A DNA stretch of 64,000 nucleotides, from positions 1 through 64,000 of the forward strand of contig NIVC01002837.1 in assembly GCA_002269645.1 (NCBI GenBank), in the 5' to 3' direction. Below the pieces are notes generated by a model. It searched no databases, had not been told where the DNA came from, and worked only from the letters and a program-made list of their open reading frames with translations. Made by a program: the position numbers and the translations under genes. This document shows, one piece after another, positions 1 to 19,000 of this stretch. Numbering within the stretch: the stretch's first letter is position 1; each line of letters opens with the position of its first letter. Origin of the DNA: Macrostomum lignano. Its lineage: Eukaryota.

Positions 1-423
1 CTGCTCGTGCAATTAACGGCTTTGAGGGCCAACGCCCAAGGCACAGTGAAGTGTACATGCCTAACGATAAACAAAGTTAAAGCCGCTGTACACTCCTGTG
101 TGAGTGCGTGTCTGTGCGTTTGACTGCGTACGTATCCGCGCGCTTTGTGTGCCTGCTCAGGGAGTTGGCGGAATGGGCAGCAATGCATCTCGCCGGTTGT
201 GTGACAATGTCGCTTAAAGTGTTCCAGGGTGCACACAGCCCACTTCTTCTATCAAACTAATAAAAGTAACAATTAACTTGATTTAAAAATTAGCTACTGC
301 TTTGACTTTCTTAGTTTTTAAACTTCTTTAGTTACACACTATAGATTAAATGCAAGATAGTCTACTTGCTATCAAGTAGTCACATTGGAACATGACCTAT
401 CAATAAATTATCAGAGACGAAAA

Positions 424-727
424 ATGGCCAACGACAGCCGAGCCGACGACTACCCGCTGGGCATCGCCAACCTGGGTTTTACGGTCGAAGATCTGGACAT
501 CTCCAGCCCGCCGCCACTGCTGCTCCAGCCTGAGAAGTCCACAAATTCGCCGACCACGTCCTCCAAGCAGCAGCAGCAGCAGCAGCATGAGGCGCTGAGG
601 ACGACTCAAACGTCCGCAGTTAGACATCCAATCGTCGTGGTGGACGAGGCGCCGCCATCGCAAAGGTCGGAGGAAGACGAGATACCCGTGCAGCAACAGT
701 CCGGATCGAGTCTGACGGTGCCGCGGG
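424..727 (+). CDS. Probable upstream low-complexity exon of the CNG channel gene
   Basis: ATG 424 opens a coding-like Q/S/P-rich frame ending at a good donor (G|GTAAGT, 728). I could not find a phase-compatible junction to the exon at ~1167, so an intermediate exon or a separate transcript is possible. Confidence 0.4.
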
Positions 728-1169
728 GTAAGTTGCCGCAGTTCTCAAATTAAAGGCTGGATAGAATTGGGCACATTCGACTCTAGCGAAGATCATGATA
801 GAGTTTTGGGGGTCACTCGTCAGAGGGTCGGCGCACTGCCGATGTACACATGTATACCAGTGGAGCCCTTGGGTTGGCTTGTTACTCGTAATTAGCTTAT
901 TTGTTACATGTAGCTAAAATAATGTTGTAAAACTTGTGGTACAGGATTAGGGCAGTTGAACTATGCAGTCCAAGGTTTTTTGTGGGCCTCGATATATGAA
1001 GTGATACATGTAGCAGCTTATAACCGTCTCTGAGTGGCCAGCCAACTCTGATCAGCACTACAATCGCTGACCAATCCTGCGGCAGCAATGATATTAAAGG
1101 GAGCGTAGATAGACGCTTTTGCAGAAGCAAACCTGTCACAGGATCCTGGCAAGCTCGCTCTACTAGACC

Positions 1170-9366
<8,197 letters not shown>

Positions 9367-10109
9367 CGCAGCCTAGGACAGACGATTGACTCAAGAAGTG
9401 TTGTCGAGTTGTTGTATGCTGTAACTAACAGGTTTTTATCTGCCCCCAGTTGGTCATGTAACATGTAAATAAGAGTTTTGACGTTTCACCACAGAAGTTT
9501 TTAAATACCTCTGCCGATTTTTTATGCAATTTTCTATGCTGAATCGGTCTGCATACAATTGCAGAACCGTGTCGCAAGGGGTGTTGGACCTTCTGTTAAA
9601 GTTTTAAGAAGCATTGCTAAGACACCACGTATGTAATCCAAAGTATTTTCTTTTCAACCAATAAAATATTTGAAATACAATATATTGAACTTTTAATCTG
9701 AGTCGCTGCATCAGACAGTGAGATTTCCCAGAAATACGTCCATTCAGGTCCCCTCCGAGTGTCAATAACCGAGCGATAACTTACTGAACTTGCATTGAAC
9801 CACATTCAGTTTTTTAAAACTATTTTCTTCAGAAAAGCGCTGATGCCCTCAGTTACGAATCTATATCTCAGAAGTTAAAATAATCGATTACATAATAGGT
9901 ACGTGCAGATGCTTTCAGTTTTACGAAGACAATGCGTATACTCGTATCTGTTCAACTCCGACAAGGAAAAAGTTGACATGTACACTAAGAGCGAAAAAAG
10001 ATTAAAGGACAAACCAAAGCTTTAAAGTTACTAAGTCAACCGATGAAATATTCAATTTACTTCGAAAGCTTTCACATCCATTGCAAAGACACTAAAATCT
10101 GTCAGTCGA

Positions 10110-11444
10110 TCAACCGAAGACAACGGTGTTGATATCGCCACGGTTGCTCATCTTCCTGTAGACGTAGCGGTCGCTTCTCATCGTGAACCACACGTCGCAG
10201 CCCCAGCAGATCGAGCCGACGAAAGCCGCGTCCGAGCAGCTGTTGCCGATCTTGGAGCGGATCAGATTGGTCCAGGACTCGGCGTGGCTTCCGGAGCCCA
10301 CCCGCTGAGCGGCGTCAAGCGCGGCGTTGCCTTTGGCCCGAGTAAATCTGGAAGATCCAGGGTTAGAACTGGCCACAACGACGTTGCGACCTCCGTGAGT
10401 CCTGAACCGAGCGTCTCCGCCACAGTAGGACACCCAGTGCTTGTCACCGCCAGAGACGTCCTTGTACGAAAGGGCGATCCAGTAACGACGGTCAAACTTG
10501 TCAGCGAGGAAGCGGTACATATGGCCTGAGAAGTCTTTGTTGCTTAGGTGTCTGTTATCCAGGATGACGCGACCAATGTCGGAAGTCATCTGAGAGTGGT
10601 ACTTGCTCAGTACACCGTTCTCAACCTGCTGCATGCGGGTGAGCATCTTTTCCATCCGGGTGTCCCACAGTGCCTGAGTGACGGTGGCAGCATGATCTCC
10701 GTGGACCATCTTCTCGTAGGCGATCTCGAGCTGAGCACCCCTCATGACTAGACGCTGCATGGCTAGCAGAAAGTTCATCACGTTACGCCTGTGGTTCTGG
10801 GTGTAGTGGACAACTGCCACTCCAAGGTTGTCGGAAATGGTGAGGTCTGTTTCCACGACGGCCTGGTACAGTTTAAGTGCGGCAATTGGGTTTTTGCGGA
10901 AGGCGGTAAGGAACTGACGCTTGTGGACTTCGCGCGTCATGGCGTCGTTAGCTCCGACGTAACTATCCAGCAGATGTGTGGTAGCCACAATGAAGGACTC
11001 GTAGTTGGCGTAGGTCACGCGAGTGGTTTGCCACTCGATCAGTCGCTTGACCTCCTCAAGCTGTAGAGAGATGCTGTCTAGCTTGGCGTGCACCTCCTTG
11101 AACTGTTCGCGCATGAACTTCATCTCGGCGGATTCTTGCGCTCCCAGACCGCCAATCAGGTTGATGATGGCAATTACGAAGGACAGAACCTTTGAGACGA
11201 CTTGGGCCACGATGTAGACCTTGGGAAACGCCTTGAAGATGTCTGAGTTAAAGATGTCAACGAAGTTCTTGACAGCCTCAAGAGCCTTCTTGGCTGTCTC
11301 CAAGTCATCGTTGACAGGCAGCGCCATCAGCTCTCCGGCGGTCTCCTCCATCCTCAGCACCATGGCACCATCCCCTGGCGACACCACTTCGGTGGCGGAG
11401 GCGACAGCGCACACAGCAAGAAGTCCAAGCAGAAGCAGCTTCAT
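10110..11444 (-). CDS. Secreted SE-cephalotoxin/rapunzel-like helical protein, copy 1 (444 aa, intronless)
   Basis: Uninterrupted ORF with signal peptide MKLLLLGLLAVCAVASA, a hydrophobic helix (KVLSFVIAIINLIGG), the motif ESAEMKFMREQFKEVHAKLDSIS typical of rapunzel/SE-cephalotoxin-like proteins, and LADKFDRRYWIALSY. The family call is from memory of these families. Confidence 0.85.
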   Translation of the reverse strand: MKLLLLGLLAVCAVASATEVVSPGDGAMVLRMEETAGELMALPVNDDLETAKKALEAVKNFVDIFNSDIFKAFPKVYIVAQVVSKVLSFVIAIINLIGGLGAQESAEMKFMREQFKEVHAKLDSISLQLEEVKRLIEWQTTRVTYANYESFIVATTHLLDSYVGANDAMTREVHKRQFLTAFRKNPIAALKLYQAVVETDLTISDNLGVAVVHYTQNHRRNVMNFLLAMQRLVMRGAQLEIAYEKMVHGDHAATVTQALWDTRMEKMLTRMQQVENGVLSKYHSQMTSDIGRVILDNRHLSNKDFSGHMYRFLADKFDRRYWIALSYKDVSGGDKHWVSYCGGDARFRTHGGRNVVVASSNPGSSRFTRAKGNAALDAAQRVGSGSHAESWTNLIRSKIGNSCSDAAFVGSICWGCDVWFTMRSDRYVYRKMSNRGDINTVVFG

Positions 11445-12102
11445 TGTCTATTTTTGCTCCGTCTTAGTCAAAGCCCAATTAGCAACCAGAAATTTATAGC
11501 GCTTTGTCCGTTAAAAAATAATTCCAGCCGCAGGTTTACTCGTCTCACGGGTTGTCAAGCGGATAGTTGGACAATTTCGAAACGGAGCCCCAATCTGGAA
11601 GATTGGCACCGCAGGCCATGTGACTCAGTCACACAGCAAAAATGTATTGCTGTCAGCATAAAGATAGGCTACTCTTCCACTGCAGTTAGTTTTATGTTTT
11701 TCTAGAATTTCACCTTGTGCAACTTTTTTAACTCACATTTATTAGACTCATTGTGATCGAAATAAGGTAAGTCGTAATTTTTTACCTCGTTATTCCCTAT
11801 AAACCGATATGCTTTTAGCCGTGAGACTTCAATGAAGAAATCCAAGGCTAATAAAATTAATCAATCCGGCTAAATTGACATTATCTTTCTGCATAGGAAT
11901 TCTTTCCAAGTTAGCAACTGATGTCGAAATCCCAAGAAAATTATTTTAACACTAGGCGGAGGGCTGTCATCGGTTTCAAGACAACTTGGAGAAACTTGAC
12001 GACTGATAAGAACAGCCGCTTGCTGATAAATCCTGGAGTGATTTTATAAGACAAGTAACAAATTGAATTGGTAATTGAAACCGAAGGCAAATCTTGAAAG
12101 CC
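11445..12102. promoter_or_regulatory. Short divergent intergenic region with TATA-like boxes for copies 1 and 2
   Basis: TATAAA on the - strand at ~11494-11499 (about 50 nt upstream of ATG 11444) and TATAAG on the + strand at ~12045-12050 (about 55 nt upstream of ATG 12103). Copy 3 has TATAAAA on the - strand at ~15515-15521. Confidence 0.45.
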
Positions 12103-13431
12103 ATGAAGTCGCTACTAATTAGTCTGGTAGTCCTGTGCGCCATCGCCGCATGCGCGCACGCAGGCCGAACCGAAGCTGCGGCAGTGGTAGTCCGCTCGGA
12201 GGAGACCGGCATTGACGTCTTTTCGGCGCCCTACAACCGAGATCTCGACATTGCTAAAGATGCTCTAGAAGCAGTGAAAGAGTTTATTGAGTTTTTTAAT
12301 TCGGATCTATTTGAAGAGTCTGGTGTAAAGGAAATCGCAGAAGTAGTCTCCAAGGTATTTACCTTCGTAACCTCCATTATCGACCTGATCCAGGGTGCTC
12401 AGGGTGGTGAGTCGGCCGAGATGAAGTTCCTTCGTGAGCAGTTCGCCCAGGTTCACGCAAAGCTGGACAGCATTTCGCTGCAGCTCGATGACGTCAAGAG
12501 ACTTATCGAGTGGCGAACAACGCGAGTGATGTACGCGAACTACGAGACCTTCATCATCGCGGCCAGCTCAATTCTCAACAATTACGTGGCGGCACCTGAG
12601 AGCTCCCGCGAGGTGCTGAAACGCCAGTTCATCGCTGCATTCCAGCATAACCCGCTCGCTCCGTTGAAGCTGTACCAGGCAATCGTAGAGAAGGACTTCG
12701 TGATCGCCGAGAACCTCGCTGCCGCGGTGGTCCACTACACCCAGAACCACCGACGCCACGTGATCAACTTCTTGCTGGCCATGCAGCGCTTGATCATGAG
12801 GGGTGCACAGCTCGAGATCGCCTACGAGAAGATGGTCCACGGAGACGGAGCCGGAAACGTGGCCAAGACCGTTTGGGACGGTCGCATGCAGAAGCTGCTT
12901 AGCCGCATGAAGCAGCTGGAGACTGACGTAACAAACCGGTACCACTCTCAGATGACTTCCGACATTGGTCGCGTCATCCTGGATAACAGACACCTAAGCA
13001 ACAAAGACTTCTCAGGCCATATGTACCGCTTCCTCGCTGACAAGTTTGACCGTCGTTACTGGATCGCCCTTTCGTACAAGGACGTCTCTGGCGGTGACAA
13101 GCACTGGGTGTCCTACTGTGGCGGAGACGCTCGGTTCAGGACTCACGGAGGTCGCAACGTCGTTGTGGCCAGTTCTAACCCTGGATCTTCCAGATTTACT
13201 CGGGCCAAAGGCAACGCCGCGCTTGACGCCGCTCAGCGGGTGGGCTCCGGAAGCCACGCCGAGTCCTGGACCAATCTGATCCGCTCCAAGATCGGCAACA
13301 GCTGCTCGGACGCGGCTTTCGTCGGCTCGATCTGCTGGGGCTGCGACGTGTGGTTCACGATGAGAAGCGACCGCTACGTCTACAGGAAGATGAGCAACCG
13401 TGGCGATATCAACACCGTTGTCTTCGGTTGA
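12103..13431 (+). CDS. Secreted SE-cephalotoxin/rapunzel-like protein, copy 2 (442 aa from ATG 12103, intronless)
   Basis: The first ATG is 12103 (the track starts at TTG 12094). Signal peptide MKSLLISLVVLCAIAACAHA; clearly paralogous to copies 1 and 3. Confidence 0.85.
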   Translation: MKSLLISLVVLCAIAACAHAGRTEAAAVVVRSEETGIDVFSAPYNRDLDIAKDALEAVKEFIEFFNSDLFEESGVKEIAEVVSKVFTFVTSIIDLIQGAQGGESAEMKFLREQFAQVHAKLDSISLQLDDVKRLIEWRTTRVMYANYETFIIAASSILNNYVAAPESSREVLKRQFIAAFQHNPLAPLKLYQAIVEKDFVIAENLAAAVVHYTQNHRRHVINFLLAMQRLIMRGAQLEIAYEKMVHGDGAGNVAKTVWDGRMQKLLSRMKQLETDVTNRYHSQMTSDIGRVILDNRHLSNKDFSGHMYRFLADKFDRRYWIALSYKDVSGGDKHWVSYCGGDARFRTHGGRNVVVASSNPGSSRFTRAKGNAALDAAQRVGSGSHAESWTNLIRSKIGNSCSDAAFVGSICWGCDVWFTMRSDRYVYRKMSNRGDINTVVFG

Positions 13432-14078
13432 TTTCTGTCTGATGTCTGCAGTGCATTGTTGCTGTAGAGTGACGAATAATCTGTCGCTTTTTGGTTCAAA
13501 CGAAATACACTTGTGTTGCTGTTTGAATGTAGGGATTAGATATATATATCTAAATTGGCCAATTTTATCCGTTTCAATGCCTTAGTTATTATTTAATTTA
13601 GTTAATGTTATTTATTACATTGCCAAATTGTATTACAGAGACGGAAAAAACAGTAATTTCAAGCATTTGCGTTTGACACAACCACGGTTTCTATAAAACA
13701 GCTATACTTCCAGTTTACATGCAATTATATTTTGGACTCCCTTCTCGTCAAACTGTTTTTCATTTTTTTTTATAAAATATGAATTAAAAATGCAGTTAAA
13801 GCTAGTGTGATAGGCACATAATACATATTTCATTAAACTTAATGCTTAAAGCATTACATGACTACCTCTGCATCGGACCACTAATTGACTAAACATTAGA
13901 AAGAACTCTTTGAAAATTAGGAAAGCAACAGGGCAAAAACCGTGGTTGAACCAGAATTGAAAGCTTTGTCAACAAACGAGCCAAGTGTATTTTTCCATGA
14001 AAAAACGAAACCCACTTCCATTCTTTTCCAAACACAAAATTTCGCAACTAGCTAGCTATAGGTCATTTTTCAAGAGTC

Positions 14079-15452
14079 CTAGCCGAAGATAATGGTGTTG
14101 ATGTCGCCCCGGTTGCTCATCTTCCTGTAGACGTAGCGGTCGCTTCTCATCGTGAACCACACGTCGCAGCCCCAGCAGATCGAACCGACGAAAGCCGCAT
14201 CCGCACAGCTGTTGCCGATCTTGGAGCGGATCAGATTGGTCCAGGACTCGGCGTGGCTTCCGGAGCCCACCCGCTGAGCGTCGTCAAGCGCGGCGTTGCC
14301 TCGCGGCTGACTGAACCTCGATGATCTCTTATCTGCGCTGGCCACCACGACGTTGCGGCTTCCGTGAGTCCTAAATCGGAGATCTCCGCCGCAGAAGGAC
14401 ACCCAGTGCTTGTCACCGCCAGATACGTCCTTGTACGCCAAAGAAAACCAATTGCGATGATCGAACTTGTCAGCAAGGAAGCGGTACATATGGCCTGAGA
14501 AGTCTTTGTTGCTGAGGTGCCTGTTGTTCAAGATGACGCCACCAATGTCGGAAGTCATCTGAGAGTGGTACTTACTCTTTATCTCGTTTTCCAGGCGCAT
14601 CATTCGAATCAAAAGCTTCTCCATCCGGCCATTCCAAACGGTCTTGGCCACGTTTCCGGCTCCGTCTCCGTGGACCATCTTCTCGTAGGCGATCTCGAGC
14701 TGTGCACCCCTCATGATTAAGCGCTGCATGGCCAGCAAGAAGTTGATCACGTGGCGTCGGTGGTTCTGGGTGTAGTGGACCACAGCGGCAGCGAGGTTCT
14801 CGGCGATCACGAAGTCCTTCTCTACGATGGCTTGGTACAGCTTCAGCGGAGCGAGCGGGTTATGCTGGAATGCAGCGATGAACTGGCGTTTCAGCACCTC
14901 GCGGGAGCTCTCAGGTGCCGCCACGTAATTGTTGAGAATTGAGCTGGCCGCGATGATGAAGGTCTCGTAGTTCGCGTACATCACTCGCGTTGTTCGCCAC
15001 TCGATAAGTCTCTTGACGTCATCGAGCTGCAGCGAAATGCTGTCCAGCTTTGCGTGAACCTGGGCGAACTGCTCACGAAGGAACTTCATCTCGGCCGACT
15101 CGGTGCCTTGCAGGTGTTGAATCAGGTCGATGACGGATGTGACAAATGTAATGACTTTGGAGACGACTTCTGCAACCTGGGTGACGTTGCCGTTTACCTT
15201 TTCAAAGATTTCGGAGTTGAAAAACTCGATGAACTCTTTTGTGGCCTCAAGAGAGTCCTTGGCTATGCCGAGGTCTCGACTTTTTGTTGCCTGCGTAAAA
15301 ATATCAACACCTGTATCCTCGGTTCGGATCTCGATTTCTCCAGCCGCTTCCTTTGTACTCGTAATGCCACCATCACTTGCAGCTTCCAGAAGGCCCTTGC
15401 CATCTGTGGCAGCGGCGCACAGGCTGAGCAGACAAAGAAGAAGTATTCTCAT
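14079..15452 (-). CDS. Secreted SE-cephalotoxin/rapunzel-like protein, copy 3 (457 aa from ATG 15452, intronless)
   Basis: ATG at 15452 gives signal peptide MRILLLCLLSLCAAA; paralogous to copies 1 and 2 over its full length. Confidence 0.85.
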   Translation of the reverse strand: MRILLLCLLSLCAAATDGKGLLEAASDGGITSTKEAAGEIEIRTEDTGVDIFTQATKSRDLGIAKDSLEATKEFIEFFNSEIFEKVNGNVTQVAEVVSKVITFVTSVIDLIQHLQGTESAEMKFLREQFAQVHAKLDSISLQLDDVKRLIEWRTTRVMYANYETFIIAASSILNNYVAAPESSREVLKRQFIAAFQHNPLAPLKLYQAIVEKDFVIAENLAAAVVHYTQNHRRHVINFLLAMQRLIMRGAQLEIAYEKMVHGDGAGNVAKTVWNGRMEKLLIRMMRLENEIKSKYHSQMTSDIGGVILNNRHLSNKDFSGHMYRFLADKFDHRNWFSLAYKDVSGGDKHWVSFCGGDLRFRTHGSRNVVVASADKRSSRFSQPRGNAALDDAQRVGSGSHAESWTNLIRSKIGNSCADAAFVGSICWGCDVWFTMRSDRYVYRKMSNRGDINTIIFG

Positions 15453-16091
15453 TTTCCCTTTTGATTTAATCTGGTTGGAATTAATATTGCGACCCAACTT
15501 TTTACAGTCGAAGCTTTTATATTAAGAATTAATTTTTCTTATCAGCTTGTCGCGCGCCCTACGCTCGTAAGTGTGATTTCTTCTGGGTATTTCTGGCGCT
15601 CCTTCTGTGCGAGTTCCTATACTGTAAAAGATAAACGAATCTTCCTTGCCTAATATATGTATCTGTAAATCCTCTTGTATAGTTTGCTGCAGGCGCTTCG
15701 ATAAGGGGTTCGATCTAGTAGCATGCCGTTGTTTAATTCGATTTTTATTAGCCTGCCTTTAATCTGATTTCATCAAAGCTTTCTGGGCTAAATAAATTAA
15801 CTTATTAAAAATCTTTGGTTACAATTATTATATGCATATGTACAGTCCTCATCAAATTAAAGGGAGAAGCGGCGTGGAGCTAAGAACCCAGCACAGTGGT
15901 CTCAACTCCAGTGTTCTTCAGAGAGCGAGGTGCCTGCCTATCAGCTCCTGTGCGGCAGATACGCGTCAAAGGCAGCTGCTCAGCGATCGAAAAGTTATTT
16001 TTCACTTTTTTCACGTTTTCAGGACAGCCTAGGCAATTCAACGTACCCTATAGTTCGGTCCCTTTCTGTCGTAGAACCGACTCCAAACCTA

Positions 16092-19000
16092 CTTACTTAC
16101 TTACTACTGACGGGGGGCGCAGGCGCCGCGAATAGGCCGCGAGGCCCCTATCGCAACCCCAAGGTAAAAGAGCACAAGGATTAGCCTTGGGGGTGCGCCC
16201 AGTCCCCGCCAGTAGTCGGCAGGTCCGCAGTGGAGGCATCGGCGACCCTCATCCGGCCGGAGTCCCGGACGAAGGCGCGGAGGTCTCGGATATTGTCCGC
16301 GGTGGTCAGCTCGTCCATCCGCTGGGGGTGGCCGAGGTATTTGTGCCGCGCCTTGTTGAAGTAAGGGCAGAAGGTGACGTGATGCTCCGCGGTCTCCTCT
16401 CCTATGCCACAGAAGGGACAGGTGGGAGGGCAACCGGTTTGCAACGATATATGTCTCTGGAAGAATCCGTGGCCGGTTAGGACCATGCACATCTCCCTGA
16501 GGTCGGTTCTGTTAAGCGAAATCAGATAATCAGAGACTTTCCTGTTCAGGTTAGGCATGGCAGAGCGGCTCTGCCTGTACTCGGTGCAGCTGTTCCAGTG
16601 GAGCTGGTGCTGCTGATGGAGCCACCTGTTGATATGGCGGGTGACTTGCGACCTGGGGGTGGGTAGCCTCATCAGACGGTGGTTGCCGTCTGGGTTGCTG
16701 CCCTCCTTGGCGAGAGAGTCCGCGAGCTCGTTGCCCAGGATGTTGCTGTGACCAGGTGTCCAGATAATTCTAATCCTGTTAAGGACTGAGAGAGATTGCA
16801 CACTGCGGTGGCATTGAGATACTGTAGCAGCGGAGATATTCTCAGTGGTTAAGGCCTTAATAGCAGCTTGGCTATCAGTGTAGAAATTAATGTCAAAATT
16901 ATTAATGTTCGCCTGAAACAGTTGCTGGGCACACTGCTCAATGGCGCAAATTTCAGCTTGGAAAACTGAGGTGTTCTCACCGAGGTGCAGACTTTCCTGG
17001 AGAAGCATCTTACCCTCGTGGAAAATGGCAATACCCGCTCCAGCGCGGCCGTTGAACAGCGAGCCGTCGGTGAAGCAGTGAATGCCCTGGCTGCGCCGGT
17101 TCACACCGACATCCAGCGGAATGTTGTCTCGGCCAGGGATGGCGGTCTTGAAGCCCCTCCTGATGTTGAGGGCGGGAGGTCGACTATCCACATTGCCCAG
17201 GTCCATGTGGATGTTGTTAAGGTCGCGGCGGACAAAGTCCATATGCGGGATTAATGTTTTCATTGGCATAAAGCCAGAGGGCGCGTTATTTAACGTTTTA
17301 TCTCTGATAAGCCGGGAGGCAGACTTCATAGCCTCCGCCCTAATAAATAGGTGAAGCGGAGGTAGGTTAAGGATAGTGTTCAGCCCCTCGTAAGGGGTGG
17401 ACGGGTACGCACCTGTGATGGCACGGCAAATGCTGCCCTGAAGCTGGTACAGCCGCTGACGGGCGGCCTTCTGCTCCAGCACGCTAGTCCAGATGAGACT
17501 CGCGTATGTGATACTGGGCCGGATGATGCCGGTATAAATCCAACGGACCGTTCTAGGCGAGAGGCCCCAAGTCGGCCCGATGGCTCTGCGCAGCTGGGCA
17601 AAGCAGCGTTTTGCCCGACCGATGACGTTATCAAGGTGCTTCGTCCAGCGCAGGTCATGCGTTAGCGTCACACCGAGGTATTTGACCTCCTTCTTGAAGG
17701 GGATGTTTCTGCCATAGACAGTGAGGTTTTTCATCTCCCATTTACGGCGCTTGGTGAAAACGACAGCGACAGTCTTAGTGACGCTGATTTTTAGGCCATG
17801 CTGTGTAGCCCAGTCGGCCGCCTTGTCGGCGAATTGCTGCATCAGGTTGCGCAGAGTGGCGGGGTCGGGTCCGCTGACGACCGCGGCAACGTCATCGGCG
17901 TAGCCCGCCCTGGTGATACTGCTGGGAATGTCAGCGGTTAGAAGTTCGTCCATGACGAGATTCCAGAGAAGTGGAGTTAGCACGCCACCTTGCGGGCCGC
18001 CTTTCATCACCGCCCGGGTGAGGGTAACGCCCATAAGTGTGGATGTCACAAACCTTTTGCGGATCATAAAATAAATCCAGCGAACAATGCTGTGTCTTAC
18101 ATTCCTGCGGGAAAGAGAATTTCTGAAGGAGCGGAAGAGGACATTGTCAAATGCTCCTTCGAAGTCAACGAACAACCCGCAAGCGAGTTGTTTGCTAAGG
18201 ATGGCACTCTCAATTTTGGAGGTAATGGCGTGGAGAGCATGCTCAGTCGTCCTCCCAGGCTGGAAGGCGTACTGGTACTTACTGACAGGGTCGGAGCGCA
18301 GGTCGCACTCTCGAAGCCTCCACAGGATGAGCCTCTCCATCAGCTTAACACAAAAGGAAGTGAGGCTGATGGGCCGGAAGGATTTCACGTTGGTGTAGTC
18401 ACCCTTAGCAGGTTTCGGGATGAACACGACTCTGGACATTCTCCAGATTGTGGGAATGTAACCTGTGGTATAACAGTCAACAAGCAATTTAGAGAAAGAA
18501 TCAGCAAAGTTTTGCAGCTTTAGCGCCTCCTGCAGGATACAGGGGGCGATATTGTCAGGGCCAGACGATTTATACGGTTTAAAAGAATTTGCTGCCAGCT
18601 GGAGTAGCTGGGGGTGGCGCACTGCTGGAAAAGCTTGTGATCACAAGGCCTGTGGTCATCGACCACGTACTCCGGTTCGTCAACCTGCGGAAAGCAGGTG
18701 GAGAAAAGAAGATTTAGCGAACCTTCGGCACTGGTAGTGTAGTTACCATCCAGGTGCAGAAGGGAGTTACACTGAGCTAGCGTGTCGTGCCTGAGAGTCC
18801 TGACCAGCCGGGCTGTGGGGTGTTGCCCTTCCAGGCCGGCGCAGTAGGCTTTCCAGGTGGTCTTCTTAGCCCTTCGGATAGCACTTTTGTACATCCTCAG
18901 AGCAGAGTGGTAGTTCTCCCAATCCTCTGGGGTATTCGAGCCGTTTGCGAGGCGTTGCAGTCGGCGGGTGTTTTTCTTCATGCGAGTGAGCTCTTGACTC

